NCBI GenBank assembly: GCA_002104945.1
Contig: MCFH01000069.1
Span: 62,001 to 126,000 of the forward strand
Length of the DNA: 64,000 nucleotides
Reading direction: 5' to 3'
Origin: Piromyces finnis finn
Taxonomy: Eukaryota > Fungi > Neocallimastigomycota
Positions 1 through 12,900 of the stretch are shown here, piece after piece (the first letter of the stretch is position 1; each line of letters begins with the position of its first letter). Under the pieces are notes generated by a model. It saw nothing but the letters and a program-made list of their open reading frames with translations. It was not told the origin of the DNA and made no database searches. A program made the translations under genes and the position numbers.

Positions 1-1034
1 AAATCAATCATATGTTTTTTTCTATAACTAATCAATAATTTAATGATTTCCTCATCTAAATTCAAAACAAATTTAATATCTTTTTCCCATAATTTTAAAG
101 TTGTGTAATTATTCAATGCATACTCTACTAACATTTTAATCATATTAACATTATTATGGCTAACTGCAAAAAGAAGTGGATAATCTCCGAAATAATTATC
201 TTTTAAATCGATTTTTAATTTTACATGATTATTAGATGCATAATCCATAAGTAATTTCATTATATCTGTATTATTTTGGAATGCTGCTCCTATTAACGGA
301 TAACTATTGGTTGTTGTTGTTTCGTTTATTTCTAAGGTAGCATTAATTTTATCAGCATAGTCAATAAGTAATTTAATCATTTCAATATTATTATTTTGTA
401 CTGCATTGAAGGCAGGGTAAAATCTATTTTGATCCATTTGATTAATTTCTAAAATAATATGATGATAATTAGTATATTCTATAAGTAATTTAATTATTTC
501 CATATTATTATTTTTTGTTGCATATAAAAGTGGATATCCACCTTCTGTATCTGGTTCATTTAATTTTAATGTAATATTATTTTTATTAGCATATTCAATT
601 AATATTTTAACAATTTCTAAATTATTTTTATCTGCCGCAATCAAAAGTGGATAAGGTGTATTATTTTCATTATTATTCATTTCTAAAATAATGTTGTGTT
701 TATTAGCGTATTCTATAAGTAACTTTACTATTTCAATATTATCGTTGTTAATAGCAGATGTTAGAGGATAACTATTATATGCATTTTTCTCATCAACTGG
801 CAAAATAATATTATGTTTTTCAGCATAGTTTATTAGTAATTGAACAATTTCAACATTATTTACATCGGTAGCTGCTAAAAGGGAACTATTTTCATTATAA
901 AATGCTTTTTTATTTAAATCTAATATAGTATTATTTTTTTCTGATTCTCCTAGAATAGCTATAACAGATTTAATATCATTATTTTCAATAGCTCCTCTTA
1001 GTTTTCTTTCACTATTACCCCAGAAAAGAAACAT
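1..1034 (-). CDS. Ankyrin-repeat protein, 3' end runs off the window
   Basis: Manual translation from ATG at 1034 (MFLFWGNSERKLRGAIENND...) is open to position 1. It has repeated about 36-aa units of the form YPLL.A...NN.EIVKLLI.YA. Absent from the ORF track because no stop lies in the window. Confidence 0.85.
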   Translation of the reverse strand, partial: MFLFWGNSERKLRGAIENNDIKSVIAILGESEKNNTILDLNKKAFYNENSSLLAATDVNNVEIVQLLINYAEKHNIILPVDEKNAYNSYPLTSAINNDNIEIVKLLIEYANKHNIILEMNNNENNTPYPLLIAADKNNLEIVKILIEYANKNNITLKLNEPDTEGGYPLLYATKNNNMEIIKLLIEYTNYHHIILEINQMDQNRFYPAFNAVQNNNIEMIKLLIDYADKINATLEINETTTTNSYPLIGAAFQNNTDIMKLLMDYASNNHVKLKIDLKDNYFGDYPLLFAVSHNNVNMIKMLVEYALNNYTTLKLWEKDIKFVLNLDEEIIKLLISYRKKHMID

Positions 1035-2240
1035 AGTTATCAATTCAATTTTTTTTTAATTGGCAAAATGATAATTCATACTTTAAGTATATAATTATAT
1101 ATAAAAAGCTCTTCTAAATAATATATTAGAGTATATTATTACAGAAATAAAAATAAAAATAAAATTTTTAATGTTTTTTTTTTTCTCAATGTAAAAATGT
1201 AATTTTAATTATTATAAAACTTTAAATTTTAAAAAAAAAATCTTAACCTTTATAATTTAATAACGTTGTTGTTTTTAGATATTTTATTATATGTAATTAC
1301 AACAGTATATTTATTGCTATGTATACTAATAAGATATCTTAAAAGACAAATATTATCTAATGTATATTTAATGTAATTTTTTTATTAAAAAAAAAAAGGA
1401 AAGAATATATAAATAAAAAACTAATTATAAAAACTATTAGAATGGAATTTATAAATAAAATTTAAAAAATCTTAAATATTCATAAATTTCTTTTTGAATT
1501 TTATCCCAAATAATATCTTCGCACCAACCTTATTAAATTGTATTTTTTCCCTCAAATATAGCAATTAAAATAAGATTTAAAAATTAAGTTGTACAAAACT
1601 ATAAATATTGGGTTATATTGCCTAAATATGTATATTATAAGATTATACTTTTTAATAAAAATATAAAAATATTTATACTTTTTTTCTTTTTTAAAAATAT
1701 AGAATAATTAATCTTTTTTTTTTTAAAAAAAAATACTAAATATACTAAAATAATAATTTCATTTTTTTTTTAATTCATGGTTTATATAATTATTATTTAA
1801 AGATATTTTGATATTAATAATGAAATTCTTTAGAATTTTATACAACTATTATAGTAATAGTAGATGTATTTTGAATAGAATAATAATACAAAGAATAGTT
1901 TTAATTTGTTTCCTCTAGATTGATTTACCTAGATAGAATTAAAATGAATATAATAGAAGTGAACGGAATTAAAGTAATTTAGTTTAAAATTGATCTTTTT
2001 TTTTTTTTAATTAAATTTTAAAGTATAGTGAAACTGGACACAAAGTTTCTTTTTAATTTAAAGTTTAATTTTTGAAAATATTTATTATTGGCTATTTTTA
2101 AATTAATATTTTATATTTTGGTCATTATATATAAAAAAATAAAAAAAAAAAAAGACTTTTCTTTTTATTTTAAATGAAATATAGTAGAAAGAATAGTTTA
2201 ACTTTAGGAATAAAGAGAGATAAAATAATTATTATAAAAA

Positions 2241-5200
2241 ATGAATATTATTATTAAAAATATATATGATGGTGATTTTATATTAAATGCTAATGAAGAA
2301 GATACCATTGAACAACTTAAATTACGAATAAAAGGAGAAAAGTGTATTTTACCCGAAAATCAAATACTTATCTATAATTACAAACACTTAGATAATGAAA
2401 AACCCCTGTCCTATTATTCAATTAAAAATTATTCTGTTATTTGTTTAGTAAATATTGAAAATGAAAAAGGTATATTTATGTTAATAAAAGAAAAACAATA
2501 ATAATAATATTTAAACTGTAAATATTTATTGTTTCAAATACTTGATATTTAATTTATATGTATCAATAAAAAATAACATTAGAGAAAGATAATGAACATA
2601 TACTAAAGTTAAAAAATACTATTGAAAATGATAATGAAACAATAAATAATATGAAATTGGATTTAAAAGATCAAGGTTATTATGAATTTGAATTTAACTT
2701 TGAGGAGAATAAGGATATATTTAGTTCAGAATTTAAAATTGGAAGTTATAAATGGTAGTTATCGAAAAATATATATATATATTGTGTTTTTATAAAGATT
2801 TTTATTAAATATTTATTAATATTGAGTATATATATACAAATATATAACATCATTTATTTAATAAATATTATAAAAAAAGGAAAGTTCAATTATTATATTA
2901 TTCATCTATTGAAAAATTATATATATACCTTAGAAACATAAATAATGAAGAATTCATGATAAAATCTAATATTTTAATTAGAAATAAAGATAATCTTGAC
3001 CAATATGTATTATTACAACGTAATTATTACTTATATGGTTAAATACTATATATTACTCATAATATAAAAATATTTTTAATATTACTAATAGGAAAAAAAA
3101 ATCTTTAAATATTATATAGCTTTTTCATATTACTATTACAATACAGAAAACGAAAAAGATTATAAAAAAGATATTTCAAAAAAGGATTTTAAAAGTTTGA
3201 TTCAACCCTTATTAGGAAAAAATAATAAATTAATAATGGGAATTTATATTTATATATATATAGATAGTAAAGGTGGATATAAATAATATATATACTTAAT
3301 ATTTTACTACTAACATATATATATATACTAAAAGTAATTTTTACATATGTAAATAATACCATATAAATATATTATTATAAAATTATATAGCTAATTATAT
3401 TAATAAATTAAAAAGCTTAATCCCTCAAAATGAAAACAATTGTGTACTTGAAAATGAAGGATATTATGAATGGACCATTGATAATATAAATGAAGTTGAT
3501 AAATATGGTATTGAAAGTCCAAAATTTATCTTAAATAATGAAGAATGGTAAATGCATACGTGAATTATTTTAATTAATTTCCATTAATTTTTAAAATAAT
3601 ATTGTATAATATATACATATATTTTTTAGGTTAATTATGTTTTATAAAGATTGGAATGGTTATGTAAAAATCCAACTTCAAAAATGGAATTTTTTTAATA
3701 TGCCATCTAATAGAAATTTATATTTTAACTGTGTTTTTTCTTTACAAAGTGAAAATAGTAACTCTTGTTATGTAGCTAAAGGTAAAAAATATTTAAATAA
3801 AATTTAAATTTATAAAATATAGCATTTTATTATCAATCTTTAATGATATTATTAAAATACAAAAGTTACATTGTTTTTATAATAATCATAATAGCATTAC
3901 CATTAATACAATGTGTAAATAAGAATAACGGATGTATTGAATTTGACAAGTTTATAAAAACACAAGATTTATCTTTGTTGAAAACTGAAAAAATTATACT
4001 GAATTTATATTTATGTTTTTATAATAAACAGCCCTCCTCAAAAGAAAACTTTATTAAAATAAAAGAAAATCAAAACTCAAAAATAAAAGAATCTGAAGAG
4101 CAGAAAAAAATAGAAAAGGAACGAATGGAGAAATGGGAAAATGAAGCAGAAAAAGAAATAATAAAGAATGAAAAAGATGCACTGAAAAAAGAAAGAGAAA
4201 TTATTTATCAAAAAGAAAGTGAATTAAGGGCTGAAAAAGAAATTATTTATCAAAAAGAAAATGAATTAAGGGCTGAGAAAGAAAATATTTGTCAGAAAAA
4301 AAATGAATTAAAAGTTGAAAATGAAATTATTTGTCAGAAAAAAAATGAATTAAAAGTTGAAAATGAAATTATTTGTCAGAAAAAAAATGAATTAAAGGCT
4401 GAAAATGAAATTATTTGTAAGAAAAAAAATGAATTAAAAGTTGAAAAAGAAAATATTTGGATAAAAGAAAATGAAATAAAAGATGAATGTGAAAAGTTAG
4501 TAAAAGAAAAATTACAATTAATAAAAGAAAAAACATTACTTGAGTGTGAAAAGAAAGATATTAGAAATATAAAATTAGAGTTAGAAAAAATTAAAAAAGA
4601 TTTTAACTCACAAAAAATCAATATGAATAACGAAAGAAATGAATTAATAAATGAATTAAAAGCAAAAGAGTTTTATATTAAAGAATGTGAAGATCAAATT
4701 TCACAGTTAAATAATAAAAATACCGAGTTAAAAACAGGTTATATAGAATAATACTATAAAAATATTATAAATATATAACATAATTTTGTTAATGTTTAAA
4801 TATAAATATATTATATATATTTATTTTTTTATATAATAGAGCAATATAAAAATGAAATTTATAAATTGGTTAAAAGTAAAGGTACCGAAGTAAAAAATTA
4901 CAAAAACGATTATTTTGAATGGGATATTGATTATTGTCATAATTTTCAAAATATATTTAGTTCAGAAATTATTACTTCAGGATATAAATGGTACTTTTTA
5001 AAAATAATATTATAAATATTTTATAAAAATTATTTTATATTCAATTATGAACATCACTAACGTTTTTCATATAATGTATATAATTTAAAAAAAAAACAAG
5101 GAAAATTAAATTATATAATGATCAAGATGAATATTTATCCTTAAAATTTTATTCAGTACCTTATTTCTCACTAGCGGAAGAAATGGATTTTAATTTCGCT

Positions 5201-5997
5201 AGTTGTGTGATCAGTATTCGTAATATGAATGATTTTTCTTGTTTTATTGCAAAAGGTATTTTTTTTATTGATTACCATAATTACTATTACTTGTTTACTT
5301 TTAAAGATTAAATTTAACTTTAAAATTTATATTATCAACTATATTATAATAAATTTATGAAAATCAATAAAGCTCCAGATTTATTACAACATATGAAAAT
5401 AGGAAATAATAGTGTCAAACTGAAAAAATTATTTAAGAAAGAAGATCTATTAAAGATTAATCCAAAATTTAATAATAATTATATAATTGAAAATAATGTT
5501 TTTGTACTCGGTATTTATATTCATTTATATGAATATAAGGAAGTTGAACAGAAAAATGAAGTTATAAGTATTGAATGCCCAATATGTCTTGAAAAAGCTT
5601 CAAAAGATACTAAATTAAGTGTTACAATTTGTGGTAAATATTTTTTTTTCTTATCCATTATTAAAAATAGAATTGTTTAATTTAAAATTTATATATTATT
5701 TTTATGTTTAATATATTTACGCTGTTGTATGTCATAATAATTCATAAGATAATTATATTATTATAATTATTAAATATTTCATGATAATTCATAAGATAAA
5801 TATATATATAAATTTATCTTTTACTTTTTTTCTATAATACCATTTACTCAATATTTTATTATTTTTATTAAATCATTCATAATTTAGGTCATGTATTCTG
5901 TAAAACATGTATAAATGAATTTTTGAAATTTAGAAAGAGTTGTCCGATTTGCCGAAAAAACATAAAAATAAATAACATCTTTGATATTTTTTTTTAA
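2241..5997 (+). CDS. Multi-exon ubiquitin-like + 3 MATH/TRAF-like domains + coiled coil + C-terminal RING-HC protein (putative E3 ligase)
   Basis: Exon 1 is Ubl-like (DTIEQLKLRIKGEKCILPENQILIYNYKHLDNEKPLSYYSI). Three MATH-like segments begin GYYEFEF..FKIGSYKW, GYYEWTI..FILNNEEW and DYFEWDI..SGYKW. The coiled coil lies in ORF 3843-4751. RING CPIC...CG|HVFCKTC...CPIC is split by an intron at about 5634-5887, and TAA is at 5995-5997. GT-AG junctions join in frame where checked. Confidence 0.75.
4191..4484 (+). repeat. About 7 x 42-bp (14-aa) coding tandem repeat in the coiled coil
   Basis: Units such as EIICQKKNELKVEN and EIIYQKENELRAEK are visible in both DNA and protein. Confidence 0.85.
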
Positions 5998-7211
5998 TTT
6001 GTTAAAGTACAATAAAAATCAAATTTCATTATTATACATCTCTGTTATATAATTAATAAGATTATTATTAAGAAAAAAATTATTTTTTTGATATTATAAT
6101 ATTATAATTATAATAGAAATATAAATAATAGTAAACTCATCAAATATAACTTAAGAATGAAATAAAAAAAATATAAATAAAAATTATTAATTCAAATGCA
6201 CTACTAACGCTAGTTTTAAATATATAATTATATAAATAATGATAACTAATTAATATTTTTTAATTTTACTCTTATATACTTTATTTTCAGTTTATTCTTC
6301 CTATTGCTTTTTTGTAATAATGCTGTTAAAAGAATGTGTTACATTTTAAACTAGAATAAAATTTATTTATTTAAATAATTAAAAAAGTTGATGATCTTCA
6401 CTCAATTGTTACACAAATTGTTTATAAAAGTAAAAAGTGTAAACTTTATTTTTATTAAATTTCTATTTGATGATGATCATTGGAGATAAAATTTTACAGT
6501 TTATGGTAAATATTTATATTTATCTTTTAATATATTACAGTATATTACAATATATTACAATATAATTAAACAGTTTTTATTATATAATATTTAAAATTTT
6601 GAATCGTATCTAATAAATATTAAGAGATTGATACTCGAATAAAAACTATTTTATAACAATAATACTGATAATAATAATAATAATAATAATAAACTAGTAT
6701 CAACATTAATAAAGGGTAATTATTTAAAAGTTATTATTACATTTAAAATTTGACAGAAAGAATATTAAATTTAAAGAAAAATCTTTAATTTGTTTTCCAG
6801 ATTTTTTTTTTAAATTTTTCAAATCTTTAATACATACACTTTTTTTTTTTATTTTAAGATTGTACAACCATTTTCATTTGACCGTAGTTTAATTTATTAA
6901 TAATAATAATAATAATAATAATAAAGGATTTAAAAATTTGTTTCATCCAAAATTAATAACAATAGTAGGGCCTAATAATATAAAATTTTATTATATATAT
7001 TTTTAGAGAATATATAAAGAAAATAAATTCCTTCAATTTTGTAATTAAAGGTCAATTTAAAATAAAAAGTAATACATTCTTTCAATAATTTTTTGAAATG
7101 AAATTTTAAAATATAATATATAATAAATTAAAACAAAATATATAGAAATAGAAGAAATAGAATAATAGAATAAATAATAATAGAATAAATATTGATAAAA
7201 TTACATTTAAA

Positions 7212-8886
7212 ATGAAATTAAAATTATTAGTTTTAATTACTTTATTTATATTAGTAAATCAAGTTAAATCAATCTGGACTCCAACACCAGGTATTTCTTG
7301 GAATTATCTTCTTAATGTTAAAGAATCTGAAATGTAAGTTGCAATAATAATAATAAATAAATAAATAAAAAGGATATATATATATAATATACTTATAAAT
7401 TTATTAATAGAAAGTAAAAAAACGAATATACATTAAAGAAGTTCTCTCTATAAAAACTATTTGCTTGTGTTAATAAATACATACTAACGTTAATAATAAA
7501 TTTGATTATATAATTTATTATATTTTATGAATAAAAATAAAAAAAAGACTAAAAGCAAAGGAAAAAGTTTTAACTGTTGATGTTAATACTCGTAAAGAAT
7601 TTATTAATACTCTCCATAAAAATGGAAAAAAAGTTATTTGCTATTTTTCAGGTGGTACAATTGAAAAGCATCGTGATGATTTTGATCAATACTGGAATAC
7701 CCCAGGATTAATTCCGGATAAAGATGGTGAAACTAGATTTAGTGAATATTGGATTGATTATCGTAAAAAGGATTTACTTGCTCCATTAATTAAAAATCGT
7801 ATGAAAGTAGCTATCGAAAAAAATTGTGATGCTTTAGAAGTTGATTGTTTAGGTGCTTACAATCATGATATTGTTACTAAAAGATGGAAGGATCCTCTTA
7901 CAAAGGAAGATGCTTATGTATTTGCTAAATGGTTATCAGCAATGGCACATCAATTAGGCATTTCAATTGGTTTAAAGAATGTTGCTGGTATTGCTCCTCG
8001 TTTAGTGAACGATTTTGATTTTGCTATAGTTGAAAGTTGTTCCATGTCAAAAAATGTTTGTGCCAAGTATGAAGATTTCCCAAAACAAGGAAAAGTCGTA
8101 TTTACTATTCATTATGGTGATTATGGTAGTTTTAATGAACAAGTTAAAACCATGGTTGAAGAACAAAAAGGATTTGGTTATACTTGTACCTTTAATATTA
8201 AAGATGATTTAAAGCAATTAGGTTACGGTTATAATTGTGATAATGGATCTAAAACAAATCTTGGTAAGAAATAATTAATGTTATTTATATAATAATTTTA
8301 TATTTATCCTTTTTTAATATTAACATTTTAAAAATAATAAATTTAATTTGTATTAATATATATATTATTGTTTTTAGCTGGTAGTATTCCAAAAAAAGAT
8401 CCAAATAATTCTATAATTGTTTCTCAAAGAGATGCAAAAACTACAACAACTAAAAAAAGCACTACTACTAAAAAGACTACAACCACAAAAAAACCAACTA
8501 CAACCACTACTAAAAAGACTACAACCACAAAAAAACCAACTACAACCACTACTAAAAAGACTACAACCACAAAAAAACCAACTACAACCACTACTAAAAA
8601 GACTACAACCACAAAAAAACCAACTACAACCACTACTAAAAAGACTACAACCACAAAAAAACCAACTACAACCACTACTAGAAAAACTACAACCACAAAA
8701 AAACCAACAACCACTACTAGAAAAACTACAACAACTAAAAATAGCACTACTACTAAAAAGACTACAACCACAAAAAAGCCAACAACCACTACTAGAAAAA
8801 CTACAACTATAAAAAAACCAACAACCACTACTAGAAAAATAGCAGTTAAAAAAGTAATTAAAGTTATTACTGTTATCAAGCATTAA
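7212..8886 (+). CDS. Secreted GH114 (endo-alpha-1,4-polygalactosaminidase-like) with Thr/Lys-rich C-terminal tail; 3 exons
   Basis: Signal peptide MKLKLLVLITLFILVNQVKS followed by IWTPTPGISWNY. Family motifs KKVICYFSGGTIE, EYWIDYR, RMKVAIEKNCDALEVD, SIGLKN and FDFAIVESC are present. Introns lie at about 7334-7548 and about 8265-8378. Confidence 0.8.
8446..8835 (+). repeat. Coding tandem repeat KKTTTTKKPTTTT (about 39 bp unit), linker-like
   Basis: Direct repeats aaaaagactacaaccacaaaaaaaccaactacaaccactact. Confidence 0.9.
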
Positions 8887-9916
8887 TAAGGCTTCCTATC
8901 TTTTTATTTCATATTTATATATTATTTAAATTATAGCAATGAAAAACACAACATAAAATTTAATTAAAAAATAGCATAATAAAAAAAAACTCTATTATTT
9001 TTTTTAATGTAAATAATAAATATTATGGTTGAAATTATAAATATATGTATATATATATTTATTTATTGAAATTATTTATTATTATATTCTTTTATTCATA
9101 TAATATTTTAATTTAATATGCTTTTATATAAAATCTCAATATCATTAAGTTAATATAAAATTGTTTCAAAAAAAAAAAAGTTAAAATTTAGTAATAAATA
9201 ATTTTTTTATTATTATTTTAACTTGTTAATATTATAGATCACTCTATATTTTTTATATCAAATAATAACACTCATACATTATATAATAAAATAATTTAAA
9301 TATTTTAACCTTTAAATTAAAAGAGGTTTAGAAAAAAATATAACTTTTTATTTTTAAAAGAAACACCATTGTTTTTTTTTTTTTTTTATTTTTAGCAATA
9401 TGTAAAATGAATTTCTTTTTATTTTTTAAAAAAAAAGTAACATAAAAAAAAATTCATTTAACACAAATTAAAAATACAACAACTAATGATACGATTTATA
9501 AAAAAAAAAAAAAAAAAAAAATTACATTTAAATTGAAATACTACAATATTATATAAATTACTTTAAAATACTATTAATATAAACATCTTTAAATCTTTTT
9601 TTTATTTTTTATTTTATTAATTTATCTTTATTTTAATTCATATTTTTATTTTATTTTATTTTATTTAATGAATATTTAGTTTTTTTTTTTTTATTTTTTC
9701 TATTTTTTTGTTTTTCTTATAAATATTTATTTATTTTTTTATTAAAGTTGTTAATAAAACAAATTTTATTTTGTAGTTTAATTTTTGATTTTTAAATGTA
9801 TTAATTATTGATAATTAAATTAATTATATTTCCTTTTATATTTAGTAAATATAATTATTTTAAAATTTATTTATTTCTTTTTTAATTAGTTTTAGTTTAG
9901 ATGGAAGTTTGACATT

Positions 9917-12900
9917 TTAATAGCATTTACCAAAATCAGATTGACATCCTTTACCACAATATTCGGAAGTAGTTCCACAATAATTATATTGACTGCAACA
10001 TTCACTAGATTTAGAACACTTACCATATTTTGAACCACATCTTCCACTTACTGTAGAGGTTGGAATCTTTTTAGTACTGGTTGGTTTCTTGGTACTTGAT
10101 GTTTTTGTAGTTTTAGTTGTTTTAGTTTTAGTTGTTGTTGTTGTTGTTGTTGTTTTCTTTGTATTTAAACATTTACCAAATTCACTTTGACATCCTTCTT
10201 CACAGTGCTTTGATGAGGTACCACAGTATCCCCACTTACTACAACAATCGCTAGCTCTAGGACATGCACCATATTCTGGACCACATCTTCCACTTACAGT
10301 AGAGGTTGGAACCTTTTTAATAGTAGTAGTTGTAGTAGTCTTAGTTTTGGTTGTAGTGGTAGTCGTAGTTTTAATTGAAGTTGTAGTGGTGGTAGTTGTG
10401 GTTTTAATAGGAGAAGGTGTGGTAGTAGTAGTAGTTGTTGTGGTTTTAATAGGAGTAGGTGTGGTAGTAGTAGTAGTAGTTGTTGTGGTTTTAATAGGAG
10501 TAGGTGTGGTAGTAGTTGATGTAGTTGTAGTAGTAGTAGTTGTGGTTTTAATAGGAGTAGGTGTGGTAGTAGTAGTAGTAGTTGTTGTGGTTTTAATAGG
10601 AGTAGGTGTGGTAGTAATATCAATTATGGTAGTAGTATCTGGTATGGCAGTAGTAATATCAATTATGGTAGTATCAATTATGGTAGTAGTATCTGGTATG
10701 GCAGTAGTAATATCAATTATGGTAGTATCAATTATGGTAGTAGTATCTGGTATGGCAGTAGTAATATCAATTATGGTAGTATCAATTATGGTAGTAGTAT
10801 CTGGTATGGCAGTAGTAGTGTCAATTATGGTAGTAGTATCTGGTATGGCAGTAGTAGTATCAATTATAGTAGTATCAATTATAGTAGTATCAATTATGGT
10901 AGTAGTATCTGGTATGGCAGTAGTAGTGTCAATTATGGTAGTAGTATCTGGTATGGTAGTAGTTGTTGTTGTTATATAACGAAGATCTTGAGAAATACAT
11001 TTATCTGATTTCATATAATTTACCATATTTCTATAATCTGGATTTGGAACCATGTTATACAAAGCTAAATAATATTCATATAAACTTTCACGACATTCAT
11101 AATATTTACATTCATCTTTAAAGCTTTTATCATCATATATATCATCATATCCATCAACATAGAATTTGTATGAAATATCACAATAATCATTTATATCTTC
11201 ATTTCCATTCTTCTTTGCACACATAAGATTTCTTTCTGCAATTTCAAATCTTGACTTTTTATCTTCTGGAATTTCTGGATATTTATATATTGATGAAACT
11301 TTTCCACAACTTGGTGCAAATGTAAATGGTGATTTAAAGAATTCTCTACAATTATTTTTATTGTATTCTTCACATATTTCGTTTAATTCTAATTCTGAAA
11401 TATAATTATATCTTTTATCATCATCATAATACTTGAATACACAATTTTCAAATGGTTTTAATTCAAGCTTACAGTTATGATCATAAATAATATCATGATA
11501 TTTTTTATCAACTTTATCTATGTTATTTAAATTCCATGTTATGCAATTACCTCCAAATTTGTAAATACAACCATTTTCTATTAAACATTTACTATTTTGA
11601 CTGTTTGTAATTGTGACACATGTTCCCTCTTTAGAACAACATTCATTACTAGAACAAGCATCTTTACCATACTTACTATTGCATTTTAAAGGATAACAAA
11701 TACCAAATTCACTTTGGCATTCACTACTTATATTACATAAATCTTTTGAACGATTGAATTTTGTATTAACATCAATACAATGACCAAATTTAGAACAACA
11801 TCCATCTTCACAGGAATATTCACCAGATGGATCATCACATCTTGGTCCTTGATATATTGAATGTTTACCATTATTAAGAAAACGATTTGGTGTTCTATTA
11901 TTCATTTCACTAATAACATCCTTTAATGAAAGATCTATTAATGTTTGTTTCATTAATTCAAAATCAAATTCAATTTTTGAATTTTCTGACATAATTGTTG
12001 CTGCTACACCTGCAGCAAGTGGAGATGCAAAGGAAGTTCCTTCTTTAGTGATTAAACCATTATCCGATGGATTATTTGTTATTCTTAATGTTCCTGGTGC
12101 ATGTAAAACAACACATGAACCATAGTTTGAATAAGAAGCTTTTTTATACATATCTTCCATTGTTTTATATGTGGTAAGAAGGGCATTATCAGTAGCACCA
12201 ATTGGTATTACACCTTCGTAACCTGAATACGAGATATCACAACTATCAATATTGGAATTACCTGCAGAAACAAATGTTATAAAACTATAATTTGCTAATT
12301 CTTTCAATTTATTATTAGATGACATAATGTAATAGTTATTTCCACGAGAAATATTAATAACAGTTTTGTGTGGTTTTCCATTCATTTTAATGTAATCCAT
12401 AGCTGCTAAAGCATCTTCTATATAAGCATCTGTTGCTATGACATGAATATTAGCTTTTTTCGCAGCACCATTAACTAATCCTGCTGCTGCAGCTGATACA
12501 TAAGTTCCATGGTAATAATCGATTTTGCCTTTAAAACCTCCATCACAATCTAATTTCTCACTTTCATAAGTATTTCTACATCTACTGTTAGCACATACAG
12601 CATCACATGATATGGTTCTTTCATCAGTATTAGTAAAGTCATATTTACTTTCTGATGTATGTAATCCAGTATCAATAATGAAAATATCAATTCCTTCACC
12701 AGCAGACGATGGATAATAATAATTGTTATCATAAAATGATTTATCCTTTTCAATATATTTGCCTTGAGAAATTAATGATAAATGACTAAATCTGAGATCA
12801 TAATCAAATCCATTTTCTAAGACGCCTAATCTACTCCATTTTGTTTCATCTAAAATTTCTTCTTCATTATAAAATTTAAAATGGGATTCTTCTTTTATGT

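Noticed and set aside
8374-8883. Antisense and alternate-frame ORFs over Thr-rich or Cys-rich repeats (also 10294-10979, 41093-42121, 4376-4621)
   Set aside because: Shadow ORFs produced by low-complexity coding repeats in the real genes.
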